DNA of 64,000 nt from a virus. Lineage: Duplodnaviria; Heunggongvirae; Uroviricota; Caudoviricetes. The notes under the pieces are model-generated. The model was not told where the DNA came from, searched no databases, and saw only the letters and a program-made list of their open reading frames with translations. The translations under genes and the position numbers were made by a program. The stretch lies in IMG/VR virus record IMGVR_UViG_3300017971_000004, positions 64,001 through 128,000 of that record; one strand, 5' to 3'. This document shows positions 1-8,968 of the stretch, in pieces (positions within the stretch are counted from its first letter, which is position 1; every line of letters starts with the position of its first letter).

Positions 1-63
1 GCGTCGCGTTCTTCCTTGGTCTCGTAGCGCCCGGTGTCCGGATTCCAGTAAGGTCCACTCATC
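1..63 (-). CDS. hypothetical protein, N-terminal 21 codons only; gene continues leftwards beyond window start
   Basis: reverse complement of 1-63 reads ATG AGT GGA CCT TAC TGG AAT CCG GAC ACC GGG... (MSGPYWNPDTGRYETKEERD), open to the window edge. Confidence 0.4.
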
Positions 64-76
64 TTGAATCTCCTGT

Positions 77-385
77 TCAACTTCCTCTCTTCCGAGACCG
101 GTAGCGCTTCACCCGCGCCAACCCCTTGGCTCGCACCCGATCCCGGTACTCCTTCAGCTCCGCCACCTGGGCGCGGAGCTGCGTGTTCTCCTTTTCCAGC
201 TCGGCGATGCGTGCCGGCACGCAGATCGTCTCGCCGTCAACCACGACGTTCCCGTTGGGATCCTGAGAGCACTTGCCGTTCTCGAACTCGCCAACCGTCT
301 TGCAGTAGCGCGGCACCCACGACGGGCAGTTCCGCGACGTGCACCGCGCCACCCCGTCCACCAGCTTCGGCTGAACCTCGGGCAC
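77..385 (-). CDS. hypothetical protein with C-terminal coiled-coil/basic tail
   Basis: ORF track 102 aa, GTG start, plausible composition (ELEKENTQLRAQVAELKEYRDRVR). Confidence 0.5.
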   Translation of the reverse strand: MPEVQPKLVDGVARCTSRNCPSWVPRYCKTVGEFENGKCSQDPNGNVVVDGETICVPARIAELEKENTQLRAQVAELKEYRDRVRAKGLARVKRYRSRKRGS

Positions 386-685
386 TCAGCGCTCCTCGAC
401 CAGCTGGGCCACGACTACAGGCTCCAGGCTGCATGGCTCACACAACGTAATCTCCACCGGCTCCATCAGCGGCTCGGTCATCTCTTCGTTCGGTCCCATG
501 ATGTTGGCCAGCAGGGCGTTCCCACCGAGCATCCCGGTCAGGTGGTCCTGCCGCACCACCGCGTCCCGTTTCACCCCGTGCCGCTCGATCTTCAAGGTCC
601 AGAAGATGGGCAGCCCGGCGTGCCCGATGGGTTTCCCGCAGCTCGCGCAGATCGCTCGCTTCCTCAGTTCGTCTTCACGCATCTC
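386..685 (-). CDS. hypothetical Cys-containing small protein (start taken at internal MREDELRK..., upstream part of ORF 386..844 is Arg/Ser-rich junk)
   Basis: protein-like composition only from MREDELRKRAICASCGKPIGH onward. Confidence 0.4.
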   Translation of the reverse strand, partial: EMREDELRKRAICASCGKPIGHAGLPIFWTLKIERHGVKRDAVVRQDHLTGMLGGNALLANIMGPNEEMTEPLMEPVEITLCEPCSLEPVVVAQLVEER

Positions 686-959
686 AATCCTCCCGCTTCC
701 AGCCGAGCCTCTCCAGTCTTTCGACTTCCGCCGCCACCTCCTCCTTGCTGTCGTAACGTTCGATTCCGACGTAGGTGAGTATCGCGTTGCCCGGCACATC
801 GTAGACGACTTCCTCGATCTGATACTCGCCGTCACCGTCCACAATCGTTAAACCCACGAACGGCGACAGCGGCATGTCGACCTTCAGCACCATCCTCGCG
901 TCCGTGCTGCAATAGCCGAACTTCTCGCAGCTGAGCCTCAGCTTGATCTCCACCTTCAT
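684..959 (-). CDS. hypothetical protein
   Basis: 91 aa ORF with balanced composition, abuts downstream gene. Confidence 0.5.
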   Translation of the reverse strand: MKVEIKLRLSCEKFGYCSTDARMVLKVDMPLSPFVGLTIVDGDGEYQIEEVVYDVPGNAILTYVGIERYDSKEEVAAEVERLERLGWKRED

Positions 960-985
960 TTCAGTCCTCCCGAGCTGCCAGGACC

Positions 986-1441
986 TCAGAGCGTCCTGAT
1001 GTCCTCCGTCATCTTCAGAAGATCGATCTCCTCTTTAACTGCGAGAATCGTGACCTTCGTCTTGCTGCCGGGTGGCGTCGTCAGCCTGATGAGCTTCTTC
1101 TTTCTGAGTGCCTTGAGTGCTCGGGAGACAGTGCTGCGGTCACAACCGATCCACTCGGCGATGTCGTTAATCGGTACCTGCATCGATGCCGAGTTGATCT
1201 CGGCTGCCATGTTCCAGAGATAGATACCGACGTCGAGAGTGCGACCCTTGGCCCGAGCGGCGCGCCGGAACCAGTTCATCGGGAAGTTCTCTAGCCGTCT
1301 TGAGTTCTGGAACAACCGTGGCACGATGCCTCTGGATCGTTCCAAAAGCATGTTTTCGTACTTATCGGAGAAGTAGTTCAGCTCGTTGCAGAGTTGGCCC
1401 AGCGCCAACTTCGTTTCGGCATATGGAGAGATCGGTTCCAT
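986..1441 (-). CDS. winged-helix/HTH DNA-binding protein (putative transcriptional regulator)
   Basis: C-terminal segment DIAEWIGCDRSTVSRALKALRKKKLIRL resembles MarR/GntR-type HTH. Confidence 0.5.
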   Translation of the reverse strand: MEPISPYAETKLALGQLCNELNYFSDKYENMLLERSRGIVPRLFQNSRRLENFPMNWFRRAARAKGRTLDVGIYLWNMAAEINSASMQVPINDIAEWIGCDRSTVSRALKALRKKKLIRLTTPPGSKTKVTILAVKEEIDLLKMTEDIRTL

Positions 1442-1442
1442 C

Positions 1443-1796
1443 TCAGTCCTCCCGAGCTGCCAAGATACGGAGCGTATCGAGGTCCTCGATGACCTCGGCC
1501 ACCCCCACCATCAGCAGCCGCCCGTCGAGCCTCTCGGTGCGCGGCTCGTACTTCCGGAACAGGTGGTCGATCTGGTTCTTGACGCGCCGCAGCACGAACT
1601 TCAACGGGTCGGGCGCATGGTGCTCCACCGAAGATGCCTCGACTTCATCTATCGGCACCACCGTCAGCCCCATCTTCCGAAGCTCGGGCTCCACGTAGGC
1701 CGTCACCCAGTGCCGGCTGGTGCCGAAGCACTTGAATGCCCGCTGGAGCGCGTTCTTCAGGTCCGCCTCGATACTTGAGTGCAAGTTCTCCGACAT
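1443..1796 (-). CDS. hypothetical protein
   Basis: 117 aa ORF immediately downstream of a sigma70-like promoter at 1829-1860. Confidence 0.5.
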   Translation of the reverse strand: MSENLHSSIEADLKNALQRAFKCFGTSRHWVTAYVEPELRKMGLTVVPIDEVEASSVEHHAPDPLKFVLRRVKNQIDHLFRKYEPRTERLDGRLLMVGVAEVIEDLDTLRILAARED

Positions 1797-1828
1797 CTGC
1801 TACCTCCCATATTCACACATAGACCCTC

Positions 1829-1860
1829 TCTCAATATACTAAAAGCCCACGGGTGTCAAG
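1829..1860 (-). promoter_or_regulatory. sigma70-like promoter (minus strand: TTGACA - 17 nt - TATTGA) upstream of gene 1443..1796
   Basis: plus-strand tgtcaa at 1854-1859 and tcaata at 1831-1836; same architecture as promoters at 19.07, 27.13 and 30.26 kb. Confidence 0.45.
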
Positions 1861-1896
1861 TTCGAAGTTCAGGGCCGACCTCAACTTCATCTTCCC

Positions 1897-1966
1897 GGCA
1901 ACTTCGTCTCTCAAACGACTTCGTCTTTCAACGACTTCGTCTCTCAAACGACTTCGTCTCTCAGGG
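1897..1966. repeat. tandem repeat, 4 copies of a 17-bp unit CGACTTCGTCTCTCAAA
   Basis: read directly: caacttcgtctctcaaa cgacttcgtctttcaa cgacttcgtctctcaaa cgacttcgtctctcag. Confidence 0.85.
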
Positions 1967-1970
1967 CCAA

Positions 1971-2490
1971 GATGGGACCCGATGCTTTTTGTCGAACCCT
2001 CTCCAACCAGTTTCCACTTGCCAGAATGCTGGTGGGTACATCCGAGGAGTTGGTGACTTCAGTTCGAGTTGGCCAGACTCGGTTCGGATCGGCAACATCG
2101 TTCAACATGAGAACCTTGTCCAACCTTGGCCGAGGTTGCCGAAGTTCTCAAGTTGATGAAGTTGACTTCGTCACATCGGATGAACGTCGGCAATGATTGG
2201 CCAGGATGGGACCCAATTCTCCAGCTGGAGAAGTCGGCCAACTTCGTCTCCCAGAGCCAAGATGGGACCCGTACAAGTTCGGAAGATGGGACCCAATCGA
2301 AGTTCGGGAACTTGGTCGATATGGGACCCAAGAAAGCATAGAAGAAGCCTTCTTCGGGGGTTGGGGAAGTCGAAAAGGATCGTTCGAAGTTTTTGAGATG
2401 ATAGGGGTTGCCAGGATTGTCCAATGATTATGTGGAGTTGGACGGTATTGGTAGGATTGGAATCCGATATATTATCTGGGGATGGGACCC
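1971..2490. repeat. iteron-like array: six direct copies of (G/T)ATGGGACCC at about 1971, 2205, 2261, 2285, 2320 and 2481
   Basis: motif gatgggaccc read six times in the same orientation within a non-coding stretch. Confidence 0.8.
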
Positions 2491-3419
2491 AAATCTATGT
2501 GATCCAAAGCCCGGGATCGCGATCCGATAATCAGCTAGATCGACCCCCGGGGTCCAATAATCCCCAAGATCCGCCGAAATCAGCATAATCTTCGGCAAAC
2601 TTAGGAAGATTATCCAACTTCCAGCAAACTTCAGCCCAACTTCAGGACCAGCCGCCTTGTCGGATTGTCAACACTCAGGAAGATTCACCCTTGTCAGATT
2701 ATCAATAGGCAACACGATGGATTATCGGATTGACTTGCCCAACACCTGGCCAACTTCAGCCCAGGTTGGCGAGATGAATGCGCCCATCTTGGCCAGGATT
2801 GGCCCGAACTCGGGAACCTCTACAACCTATCCCTGGAGCCCAAGCTCCTTAAGCACGGACAGGACTTCACGGAGCTGCTTCGAGGAGCCGCCCAGACCAG
2901 CTCTGCGCCCCGCTACCAGCCATCGCCAGCGCCTGCCGGCCTTCCAGATGTACACCATATCGAACCTCCTCGTCGAGCCTATCAATCCTTCCCAAGGCGG
3001 GTCAACTTTTCGGCTCTCCGTTGGTCGGAGACCACATCTTCCGAACTTCGACCAAGTTCGGGAAAGGTTGGTGAAGATGGATCACGATCCGTCTGACGAG
3101 AGTGTATCGATTCTTGATGGAATTGCGCAATCGTTAACGGTCGGGCAAGTTGGGTGTTGACGAATCGTCAACTCTATTTCGAATATCAATGCGGTTCGAG
3201 GATGGATTTTCGGATTAGTTCAATGTTTGCGAGAGGTTGATGAAGTTCGGCTGGGGAAGTTGCCGAAGATTGTTCAAGGATCGCGGATTTTGGATCGGAT
3301 TGGGACGGATCGCGATCCGCGCGATCCGCTGGTCTGGTCGATTCTCACCTATATACTGAGAGCCTACTTGACGGGTACTTGATGGCCGCTTGCTTGCCAA
3401 TCCCGACCCAACCTCACCA

Positions 3420-3740
3420 ATCTCCGTCCACTTCGTTCCAATCTCGGCAACTTGCTCCCTCTATCCAATCCTTGGCCACTCCGTTCCGAACTTGGCAACT
3501 TCGAACCAACCTCATCTATCTGTCCAACTCCTTGGATGTACCCAGGCGAGTTTCTGGTGGGGGAAGTATCTACCGACTTCATCAAGCTTGCCGACTTACT
3601 CCAGCCGGCCAATCCTTGTCCACTTCGTTCGAGTGAAGCAACTTGGTCAACTTCATCCCTTCGAGCTAACTTCATCTATCTGGCCAACTCGAACTGAAGT
3701 CACCAACTCCTCGGATATACCCAGGCGAGTTTGGCTGATG
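3420..3740. repeat. imperfect direct repeat of about 140-160 bp (units about 3420-3560 and 3610-3740)
   Basis: shared segments ccacttcgttc..caacttg, cttcatctatctg(t/g)ccaactc, caactcct(t/c)ggat(g/a)tacccaggcgagttt. Confidence 0.7.
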
Positions 3741-4092
3741 AGCTATGAGGAGAGGGGATGTACTTACCATGGAGAGAATCTGCCGCGCCATCCTCCTTTT
3801 CAACCACCTGATGTATCGGGTGCAATCTTAGCTTGGACCGACGAAGTCGTTAGAACTTCGAAGTTGAAGTTCAGAAGTTCGGGACTTCGAGGTTCAGCAA
3901 GTTCGGGCCGTCATACAGACGGTTGCTCCAGGGTACCGGTCACGAGGATCTGAGAGACGAAGTCGTGACTTCCCACATTCCTTCGACCGCTTCGTCCACG
4001 GGATCCTTGAACTTGGGTTTGCTCCAGCTCCGGGCCGCGAGCTGGGCTCGAAGATCAGCCAGGTCTGTATCTTCGTCGTGCTCGCCTACCAA

Positions 4093-4535
4093 TCACTCGT
4101 CCTCTTCATCTTCCCAATGTTCGTCGAGTCCTTCGTTCCAGATCTCCAGCTGACGCTCGGGCTTCAGAAGTTGGTTTTTCGAAAGAACCGCATACTCCTG
4201 CTTGAGACGCTCCTGGCTGCCCTGCTGACGGCGCGCGAGACGATAAGGGTAGAACTCCACCGGCAGCTCCGGCAGCCCGCAGAGGCGGCGGTGCAGCTGC
4301 TGGACGCCCCAGGAGGGCTCGTACCGGTCGCAGACGTGGAGAACTTCATCAATGGGATTCGGGAACTTCATCTTCTTGAGATCTTCGAACTTCTTGGAAG
4401 TATCGAGATCGTAGAAGCAGTATACCTCCTCCTCGAAGATCTCCTTGTCGCCGATGATGCCCATCCTCGTGTCGACCGCCCGGTGCTCGCAGGTGGCGCA
4501 GCATTCGGGGAACGTCGGTCTCGGCTTGCCCATGA
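4093..4535 (-). CDS. hypothetical protein (start at internal MGKPRPTFPECCATCEH...; longer ORF 4093..4800 has Arg-rich junk N-terminus)
   Basis: ATG at about 4533-4535; acidic C-terminus EHWEDEEDE. Confidence 0.5.
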
Positions 4536-4589
4536 CCCCTCCTACAGCTTGGTCGCGACGATATGAATGAACATCGCATCGTCTCCATT

Positions 4590-5009
4590 TCAACCGTTCT
4601 CCTTCGATTTCTCCAGTTCCTTCTCCAGCTTGTCGATGGCGGCGTCCACCTTCTTCCCGTAGGCCCGCATCCGCTCCAGGTAGGCCTCGACGGCGGCTCG
4701 CTCCTCCCGGTACAGATCGGGCTGCTGGTACTTCAGGACGCCCGTGATGCCGCCCTGCTTCTCGGTCCTGAACCTGCCGGCACCGATCATCATCGCGCAC
4801 AGGTCGAACGGGGACGCCGACTGCTCTTCGCCCTGGAGATAGAGCGTCAGCCCGGTCTTCTCGCTCTTGTGGACCGTGAAGACCTGCTTGTGCTGGGAGA
4901 TGTAGCTGTCGCAGATCTCCACGTACTCCAGCACGCTGAACTGAGGAGAGCCGGTACTCTCGTCGATGAGATAGAGCTTCTTGGGGCGGTCTTTCTCGGG
5001 TTCGGACAT
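4590..5009 (-). CDS. hypothetical protein
   Basis: 139 aa ORF, good composition. Confidence 0.55.
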   Translation of the reverse strand: MSEPEKDRPKKLYLIDESTGSPQFSVLEYVEICDSYISQHKQVFTVHKSEKTGLTLYLQGEEQSASPFDLCAMMIGAGRFRTEKQGGITGVLKYQQPDLYREERAAVEAYLERMRAYGKKVDAAIDKLEKELEKSKENG

Positions 5010-5018
5010 CCTTTCCTC

Positions 5019-5318
5019 CTACTGCAAGCCGTTCAGCCGTCCCAGCAGCTCGTCCGCGAGCGCCAGGTAATGAGGCACGAGGTTTTGATTGCCGTCCGGG
5101 TTGCCGTTGGAGTTCCCGGCGAGCGCTTCTCTCCAGAAGGTGAGGGCCTCCCGGAAACCTTCGACCATCTCCGTGATCTTGGACCGCTGTTCGTCCGAGG
5201 GTTCGAAACCCTGTCGAAAGTCGACTAAGGTGTCTTCCAGCATCGCCAGCGTGGCCCCGAACTGGCCGTGGATTTCCATGACGCGGTCGATGGCTTCCTG
5301 CTTGGTCAGCTCAGTCAT
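5019..5318 (-). CDS. hypothetical protein
   Basis: 99 aa ORF. Confidence 0.55.
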   Translation of the reverse strand: MTELTKQEAIDRVMEIHGQFGATLAMLEDTLVDFRQGFEPSDEQRSKITEMVEGFREALTFWREALAGNSNGNPDGNQNLVPHYLALADELLGRLNGLQ

Positions 5319-5640
5319 GTTTCTCCATCTCGAAGGTGATCACGAGCGCACCCCTGTCGGAGATGGTCGCCCTCGTTTTCACTCGGATCACCGAGACCGC
5401 CAGCTTGAAGTGAAGCAGGCTCGGATCCTCCTCGTCGACCCAGACGGGACATTCGTAGTCCTCCAGCCCGAGATCGACCGTGGCGAACCAGGCCTCTCCG
5501 ACCGGCGTCTCCTCCCAGGGCAATACCAGCGCGCCCCAGTCGGGACCGTATACCTTCCCGAGATCCGCCGGGTTCACCAGGATCGCGTCGCTCCCGGGCG
5601 TGTCAGGCCAGAGATCCGGAATCAATTGATCGTTCGACAT
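5311..5640 (-). CDS. hypothetical protein
   Basis: 109 aa ORF, overlaps neighbour by a few nt as in operons. Confidence 0.55.
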   Translation of the reverse strand: MSNDQLIPDLWPDTPGSDAILVNPADLGKVYGPDWGALVLPWEETPVGEAWFATVDLGLEDYECPVWVDEEDPSLLHFKLAVSVIRVKTRATISDRGALVITFEMEKHD

Positions 5641-5641
5641 C

Positions 5642-5770
5642 TCAGCTCTCCTGCTCTTCTCCTCCGTAGATGACCATCACCGGCTCGATCTCTTCGCCGG
5701 CTACGTCCTCGATGTATTTGATGCAGGCGATGCAATAATCATCAGCATCACTGAAGATTTCTTTTTTCAT
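5642..5770 (-). CDS. small hypothetical protein (42 aa, MKKEIFSDADDYCIACIKYIED...)
   Basis: internal ATG at about 5768-5770; upstream ORF extension is Arg-rich junk. Confidence 0.3.
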   Translation of the reverse strand: MKKEIFSDADDYCIACIKYIEDVAGEEIEPVMVIYGGEEQES

Positions 5771-6114
5771 ATCGTCTCCTTGAACCGTTCCAGCTCTCCG
5801 TCGATCTCGCGTATCCGAAAAATCTGACCTTCGATCATTCCTGCCAACCGGAACATCTCTTCTTCGAGCATCTCGTTGACGGTCGGCTCCTCCCACGACC
5901 AGATCCACCTCCAGGCCAGCCGCTGGAATCCCCGGAGATGGGTGACGCACCAGCTCTCCGCTTCGTCGCGTTCTTCCCAAAGCATGAACCTTTCGACTTC
6001 GCGCAACAGGTCCCAGCCGAGACTCTCCAAAGCTCCTGCCGGCACGGCTTGGTACAGGTGGGCTCCGATCATCTCCTTGAGGAAGTCGGCTTCGAGGATT
6101 GGTTCAGAGTTCAT
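5767..6114 (-). CDS. hypothetical protein
   Basis: 115 aa ORF, ATGA-type overlap with downstream gene. Confidence 0.5.
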   Translation of the reverse strand: MNSEPILEADFLKEMIGAHLYQAVPAGALESLGWDLLREVERFMLWEERDEAESWCVTHLRGFQRLAWRWIWSWEEPTVNEMLEEEMFRLAGMIEGQIFRIREIDGELERFKETI

Positions 6115-6332
6115 TCCGGAACCTGCACCACGGTCGTCCGGTCGTAGTCAGGTTCTCCGGTTACGGCGATGCGCATCTCCGGATCCTTGGGCTGGCGACC
6201 GCCGGTCACCGTCTCCATCGCACCGTGGTCCCATGCTTCCGCCTTGTCGCGAGCCTCGTCCTCGTCTTCGGCCTCCACTACCCTCCAGACCTCGACAGTT
6301 ATCGGGACGCTAATCTCGAACTTGGGCATCAT
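6111..6332 (-). CDS. hypothetical acidic protein
   Basis: 73 aa ORF. Confidence 0.5.
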   Translation of the reverse strand: MMPKFEISVPITVEVWRVVEAEDEDEARDKAEAWDHGAMETVTGGRQPKDPEMRIAVTGEPDYDRTTVVQVPE

Positions 6333-6550
6333 GGTTCTCCTTCTTGGCGCACTGCCGACACTGCTTATGCTTTATCTCCGCGAGGTCCTTTTCGGCCTCG
6401 GCAGGATGACAAACCTTCTCATGACCGCATTCCAGGATGAAGAAGACGCTTTTACCACGTTGGATACGATCAACCACCAGGCGTTTCGGGCCACCTTTCG
6501 GTCGGCTGCGGGGACGGTCCTTGCGCCGTCTGTGTCCCCTCGCGCTCATC
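6310..6550 (-). CDS. small basic zinc-ribbon-like protein (start at MSARGHRRRK...)
   Basis: CGHEKVCH..CRQCAKK Cys pairs; trimmed from ORF 6310..6672. Confidence 0.4.
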
Positions 6551-7160
6551 AATCCTCTTCCGGATGCGCTTTGCACCATTCGCAGTCGCAGTCGGGATCG
6601 TCGTGCCAGTTGATCCAGGCGATATCGTCGCCTTCGAGGGAGACGCCGCCAGGCATCTTGCACTCCGAGCACCGAACTTCGTCACCTTCGTAGAACTCCT
6701 CGTCGCTCGGGCTATCGGTGAGGATCTCTGGGTCGCCCCCGCAGTATGGACAGCTGTCCCACTCGATCATCACCCAGCGCTTGCCGAAGGCGTCTTTCTC
6801 AGCTGAATAAGAAGAAGAAAAAACTTTGTTTTTCTTGACTTTGCTCGACTCGCGCACCTTTTGCTTGAACTCTTCGATGATGTCGAGCCGGTTGGTGACG
6901 GGATTGCAATAGTCTTCTCGAAAGCTGCGAATCTCCTCGGCCATCTTGACGGCCACCTTTCGCCAGTCGAGGTTTTCGGTATCGGGGCGCAGGAAAGCGG
7001 GCTCGCATTCGCTGAGCGCGCCCACGATGCGGTCGGCGATCTCCTTGCGCTCCAGCAGCTTGACGCCGTAGCCAGCGAGAACGTCCACGATGAGCGTCCA
7101 CGATGCGCTGTAGAGTAGGTTTTTCGGACGAGTTCCAAGGGTAGGTTCAACCTTCTTCAT
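6549..7160 (-). CDS. hypothetical Cys-rich (zinc-binding?) protein, start at MKKVEPTLG...
   Basis: CPYCGG...CSECK...CDCEWC motifs; ATG at about 7158-7160. Confidence 0.5.
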   Translation of the reverse strand: MKKVEPTLGTRPKNLLYSASWTLIVDVLAGYGVKLLERKEIADRIVGALSECEPAFLRPDTENLDWRKVAVKMAEEIRSFREDYCNPVTNRLDIIEEFKQKVRESSKVKKNKVFSSSYSAEKDAFGKRWVMIEWDSCPYCGGDPEILTDSPSDEEFYEGDEVRCSECKMPGGVSLEGDDIAWINWHDDPDCDCEWCKAHPEED

Positions 7161-7338
7161 GGCTCGTCTCCTCTCCGTACTGTCGCTCGATGTGCATTCC
7201 GGCAGCCACCGCCCGCTCGACTCCCTCCAAATACTCCTTGGCCGTGAAGACATGGCCGCGCAGTACCTGGATCAACCACATGCCGACCGCTCCGAGTGCG
7301 ATTCCCGATGCTACGCACATGATCTCATTCATCTTCAA
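7147..7338 (-). CDS. small membrane protein
   Basis: 63 aa with hydrophobic segment VASGIALGAVGMWLIQVL. Confidence 0.4.
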   Translation of the reverse strand: MKMNEIMCVASGIALGAVGMWLIQVLRGHVFTAKEYLEGVERAVAAGMHIERQYGEETSHEEG

Positions 7339-7552
7339 CTCCTGCGGGCTCGATGTGAGCCCATGCGCCGACGAGCACCCGGTTCCACTTCCAGCTGTCG
7401 GCTTCGATCTCCTCGTGTTCTTCGTCGGTCATTCCCCACCAGAGATGGTCCAGTTGGCCGAGCAGCTCGTCCTCTTCGTCCTCGGTGAGAACTTCGAGGA
7501 ACTGGTTGATCAAGTACGCGTCGTGCAGCTTCTGGTACTCAGTCTTCATCTG
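7325..7552 (-). CDS. hypothetical acidic protein (MKTEYQKLHD...)
   Basis: C-terminal third of ORF 7325..7882; ATG overlaps TGA of the upstream frame. Confidence 0.45.
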   Translation of the reverse strand, partial: QMKTEYQKLHDAYLINQFLEVLTEDEEDELLGQLDHLWWGMTDEEHEEIEADSWKWNRVLVGAWAHIEPAGVEDE

Positions 7553-7882
7553 GATGAGGATCGTCCAAGTAGGGATCCTGCTCCTTGAACTCACGCCGCA
7601 CCTCTTCGATGCGGACGTACTCGACGGTGCCCTCCTCTGCGCCTCCTTGACCAGCTCTCGCTGATCGGCACGGAGCTTCGAATACTTGTAGTACTTGTAC
7701 TCTTCGATGACGCGTCGAAGCGTTTCCTCATCGCTCTCGTGAACAAGGCGAACTCCGGCCATCAACGCGCTGGTGAGCTGTGCCAACTCCAACTCGTGTA
7801 AGATTCGCTTCAGATCAGCTGTTAGTTCAGCCATCCTCATTGGGATCGCCCCCTTCATCTGCCGGCACGTAGCCGATGGCAT
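7540..7882 (-). pseudogene. hypothetical gene with apparent frameshift near 7640-7650 (N-terminal part in one frame, C-terminal AEEGTVEYVRIEEVRREFKEQDPYLDDPHPDED* in another)
   Basis: hand translation of both frames across 7541-7650; protein-like sequence switches frame. Confidence 0.35.
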
Positions 7883-8132
7883 TCTTGCCGAGCATCACCG
7901 TGCGCTCCACCGGCACTCCTAGCCAGCGGGCCATCTGCTTCTGCTTCTCCTTGCGCCTCCAGACGAAGTGACCGTGGATGAGCGCGATCACGACGCAAAT
8001 CAGCGTGAGCGCGCCCTGGCAGAACCACCACCAGAACTCTCGGTCGGATTGCAGCACAAGCCCCATGATAATGGCGAACGCGAGCCCGATGAGCCCGCAC
8101 CAGACGGGCGAGTAGGCGATCTTGATCTTCAT
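7827..8132 (-). CDS. membrane protein, 2 predicted TM helices
   Basis: IAYSPVWCGLIGLAFAIIMGLVL and ALTLICVVIALIHGHFV hydrophobic stretches. Confidence 0.45.
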   Translation of the reverse strand: MKIKIAYSPVWCGLIGLAFAIIMGLVLQSDREFWWWFCQGALTLICVVIALIHGHFVWRRKEKQKQMARWLGVPVERTVMLGKNAIGYVPADEGGDPNEDG

Positions 8133-8560
8133 TCCGCAGGCCTTCCGTTGATGAGCTTGGCTACATCCAAGAATCCCAGCCAACCTCCGCCAACTACTTC
8201 GGCGATAACGTAGCGAGGCTTCTCCTCGTCAGGCTCGTAGATCCGAAGGCCGGTAATGAAGTAAGCGATGCCGGTCTCGATGTTCTCGTCGGTGATGATC
8301 TGCTGGATGCGCTGCTCGATGAAGACGGTCGCTCCCTGATCGGCTCTCCGGGACTTCTCCAGAATCCCCTCGACTTGCTCTCTCGTCCAGGGAGGTTCCA
8401 CCTGTAAAGGAGCAGGACCGTACAGCTGCTGGAAGACCTGCGACATGGCCGAAGAGCGTTCCTGCTTTGACGACTCGTCGTGAGGAGGGTGCTCGGTCGC
8501 TCCGGCTATCCTGCGCCGGTACAGCTCCCTGGACTTCGGACAATCGTCCTTACAGCTCAT
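8129..8560 (-). CDS. hypothetical protein
   Basis: 143 aa ORF. Confidence 0.5.
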   Translation of the reverse strand: MSCKDDCPKSRELYRRRIAGATEHPPHDESSKQERSSAMSQVFQQLYGPAPLQVEPPWTREQVEGILEKSRRADQGATVFIEQRIQQIITDENIETGIAYFITGLRIYEPDEEKPRYVIAEVVGGGWLGFLDVAKLINGRPAE

Positions 8561-8934
8561 TTTTCTTCTCCAGCTGTAATTTTTGCAAATTCATCGACTC
8601 GATCCTTGTACAACGTCGTCCGGATCCGCTCCAATTCGCGCTCACGAGCCTCCAGGCGGCGCTGTGTTCGCCGATGAGCCTCCTTCTCGACCCGGAGGGC
8701 CTCTTCCAGCTCGGGGAGCTTACGGAGCCGCTCACGGCCTTCCTCGACGAGATTGAGTGCCGTCGCCCTGTTCGTAGTCATCAATTTCAGCTGATATTGT
8801 AAATCTGCATTACGCTTGGCCAGACCGTCGATTGTCAAGTAGAGCTTCACCCGCTCGAAGTCGCTGCCGAACAGAGGATCCTTCTCGGCTCGAAGGGCTC
8901 GCTCAACCGACTGCCGGATGTCCGAGGACATATC
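8557..8934 (-). CDS. coiled-coil protein (start possibly at 9030)
   Basis: heptad-like charged sequence LRKLPELEEALRVEKEAHRRTQRRLEARERELERIR. Confidence 0.45.
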   Translation of the reverse strand, partial: DMSSDIRQSVERALRAEKDPLFGSDFERVKLYLTIDGLAKRNADLQYQLKLMTTNRATALNLVEEGRERLRKLPELEEALRVEKEAHRRTQRRLEARERELERIRTTLYKDRVDEFAKITAGEEK

Positions 8935-8968
8935 CATGAACTCCTTGGGAATCTTCAGTTTTTCGAGC

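Noticed and set aside
1897-1966. Possible CRISPR array suggested by the tandem 17-bp repeats
   Set aside because: Units are directly adjacent with no spacers, only 17 bp long, and no cas genes are nearby. It is a simple tandem repeat.
2657-3160. 167-aa plus-strand ORF and the 187-aa ORF at 3390-3953 inside the repeat region
   Set aside because: Pro/Ser-rich translations that follow the DNA repeats and have no start context. They are more likely non-coding.
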